A stretch of DNA of 64,000 bases from Paragordius varius (taxonomy: Eukaryota > Animalia > Nematomorpha): contig OZ176050.1 of NCBI GenBank assembly GCA_964247055.1, positions 6,386,001-6,450,000 of the forward strand, read 5' to 3'. Numbering within the stretch: position 1 is the first letter of the stretch; the number at the start of each line of letters is the position of its first letter. The position numbers and the translations under genes were made by a program. The notes beneath the pieces were generated by a model that searched no databases, was not told where the DNA came from, and saw only the letters and a list, made by a program, of their open reading frames with translations. Below are positions 61,454-64,000 of the stretch, one piece after another.

Positions 61454-62114
61454 AACTTTTAATATATAAAACTAAAAAATACGAACTCTTTCATTCCCAA
61501 TTTTGCTAGTATGTCCCTAAAATTGACAGCATATTCAGAAATTGCTTTATACTGAGATTTATTTTTGGAATAGCAATTATTGCGAATTATTTAATTTCCC
61601 TATTACTTTAGTAATTTTCCAAATTTTTTGTGCGCACAATATATCTTGGAGGGCCGCATGTTGGACATCCTTCTGAAAGGGATTTGGAAATTCTACATTT
61701 AAAAATTATCGTTTTTAACAATGGCCATTGTCTTTAAAATAAATTTAAAATAATTAATTATCTTAAAGTGTTGTCAATTTATAGCTTGACAATTAATAAT
61801 AATTGAAACAATTTGTAATTTTTTAATTATAATTTTCGGCTTTTCCATATTTGTTTTGATAATGAATATTTTATTTATGTATGTACAGTTTAAATTAATA
61901 AATATTGAGAGTTTTATCTCATAGCTCCCAAGACAGTTTATTTAAAATTTTATTTTGAAGTTATCGCATACATTGCAATACAATTTAACCTATTTCACAA
62001 TAATAGTTGAGCATATTAAAAAAATCGAAATCAATTTTCTTTGTTTATGCTAATTGTTCAAATTATTTGATTGAATAACACAGTGTCCATAGAAAATATT
62101 ATGATAAAATTATT

Positions 62115-62290
62115 GGATAGAAAAATGTATCAGGATTATCTGGTGCTTTGGGTGATTTGAGAAAGTTATATACATTTTTTGGCAACTGCCACATACCAAA
62201 ATGACAAAATTTGAGAGCAATTTTTTTGTAAAATTTTTTTGATGAAAGTTCAAAGCTTCATTCCAAAAAATATCACTTAAATATATTATA
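62115..62290 (+). repeat. Repeat family X copy
   Basis: GAAAAATGTATCAGGATTAT..GTGCTTT..GTGATTTGAGAAAGTTAT..AAAATGACAAAATTT matches 34950-35240. Confidence 0.55.
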
Positions 62291-63259
62291 AACCAGTGGT
62301 ACTCACCAAAAAAATTTGACGGGCCAAATAAAATATATTTTTTTTTCGAGGGCCATGAAGCTTATAATGGCAAATATTCCATAGCTATTTGACACATATG
62401 CACTTATTTATACTCTAAATCAGCACAATGGTTTTTGCGGATAGCATAATCCAGCTAGAAACCCGTTTTGCACCATTTAGTTTAAAAAATTAAAATATTT
62501 TGATAACAGCAGAATTGGACATTAACCAATAATTTTTGACAAATTTGGTTTCACCTCATGACATGCCAATTTTACAAAGTCCTCCATATAATCATCGATT
62601 AAGCGATTTCTGTATGTATTCCTTACATACTTCATTTTTAACTATGCCCTCTCACACGTGTAAGTTGTGGGAAAAACAGTTAGGATAACTTGAGTACATT
62701 TTTTATATTTTCATATTTATTTGGCACATTGCCAAAACTCTACACTTTATTCCCGATTCTCCTTGAATATGTCCCCAAATTGGAATCATTAAAAATCTAC
62801 GAAATTCTTCAACAAAATGCGCATCCGAAATACTCAAGTTGCTTAATATTGGATATATCCATATGCCATGTATTTTCAAACGAGTTTTAAACAATTTTTA
62901 ATATTTCTTTTGAAATCTTAATTCATTAGAAAAAAATATTAAATGAATGCCTATTATTAAATTAATCTCCGCTGTAAATTACATATTTTCTTCATGAATT
63001 TGATATAGGAGTGTTTTAATAAAATCTTGTATATATATTTTAGTTTTTAATTAGCAAATAGATGATTAGCAAATTGGGTTATTATTTTGTTCCCTTTGAC
63101 TTGTATTAAAAATACTAAGTTTATAAGTAATGTCGCAAAGGTTTAAAAACCATTGGTCATTTTCAATTTCCTCGTCAAACTTTCTGTTAAAATAATAGAA
63201 TTTCATGTCTTAAAACAGAAAATCTTAATACTTTGCTAAGGCATAGCCATCTCACAGAG

Positions 63260-63340
63260 GTTACAAAAGAATATCATCAAACTCACTGTAGATATCTTTC
63301 AAAAGGTTTTTGGAACAGAGCTTTTCTGCAACGAATGTGA
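63260..63340 (+). pseudogene. Possible hAT transposase fossil fragment
   Basis: EYHQTHCRYLSKG resembles the YHTEVRWLSKG motif; there is no other support. Confidence 0.25.
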
Positions 63341-64000
63341 TTAACTATATACACAACCGTTTTACTGAAGAAGTCATTTTTTACACACGAAACCAAGTTT
63401 TGCCGATGAATAACGCAGTGAAAGCATAAAATATTTTCCAAATTAATTGTTTTTTAAAAAGAGATATAAATTCCTTTGTTTGTTCCTATCATTGAGGGAG
63501 AGCTAGCAGATCGATTTATACATATACCATTACTATCGAAAAAAGTGCTTTCATAAAAATTCCTTTCGTTATACATTGGTAAAAATTAAAATTCCTCGTT
63601 GATTATGTTGTCGTTGCAAAATCGCACGAATAGCGCACATTGGTGTTGAACTAATATCCGTGCTAGAATCAATAGCAACACTAAAATACTGGCAGATTTC
63701 AGAGTGTTAAAAATATATTTAGACATATCTTCAATGCGTCTATTAAATCATAAGTTTTTTAATTTGCCTCATGATTTGAATTATGGAATTAAATGAAAAA
63801 GTGCAACCATTTATTAAATATTCTTTTTTAGTTGGTGGTTTTATATTTTTTCCTAAAAAATAGCAAATTTCCTACAAAGCTAATGTTAAACTTTTTCCTC
63901 CATGGACATAATGTTTTCTTTCTGGTATAATTCTTTATGTATTACATATAAGGCAGTTAACAACATTATAATTTAAAAGTTTTCTTCCCATTCCGTTTTA

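Noticed and set aside
39820-62135. RSS-heptamer-like CACAGTG 40-50 bp from the repeat-X core in two copies (39863-39869 minus, 62079-62085 plus), suggesting Transib-type ends
   Set aside because: The other two X copies lack it, no paired TIR or 5-bp TSD was found, and one or two chance occurrences are expected in 64 kb.

Overview
Very AT-rich nuclear DNA from a metazoan, probably an invertebrate; the taxon cannot be fixed from the sequence alone. No CRISPR arrays, operons or rRNA are present. Seven spliced protein-coding genes were reconstructed by hand: beta-glucuronidase (+, 5' end unresolved), an ANKLE1/LEM-3-like LEM + GIY-YIG nuclease (-, 5' end unresolved), alpha-catenin (+, 18 exons), an ENL/AF9 YEATS protein (+), a USP30-like deubiquitinase (-), glucosamine-6-phosphate deaminase (+) and isovaleryl-CoA dehydrogenase (-). 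Intergenic and intronic DNA is full of transposons: three hAT elements with perfect 8-bp TSDs, hAT MITEs, TTAA-flanked piggyBac-like MITEs (one nested four elements deep), a non-autonomous Helitron family including a head-to-head palindrome, a tRNA-derived SINE family and (TA)n microsatellites. The most striking signal is the intron architecture. Nine well-supported GT-AG introns of only 21-26 nt are needed to restore conserved reading frames. They sit at the 5' end of four different genes, while downstream introns in the same genes run from about 65 nt to over 1 kb. All homology calls come from my recollection of conserved motifs; no database search was run.
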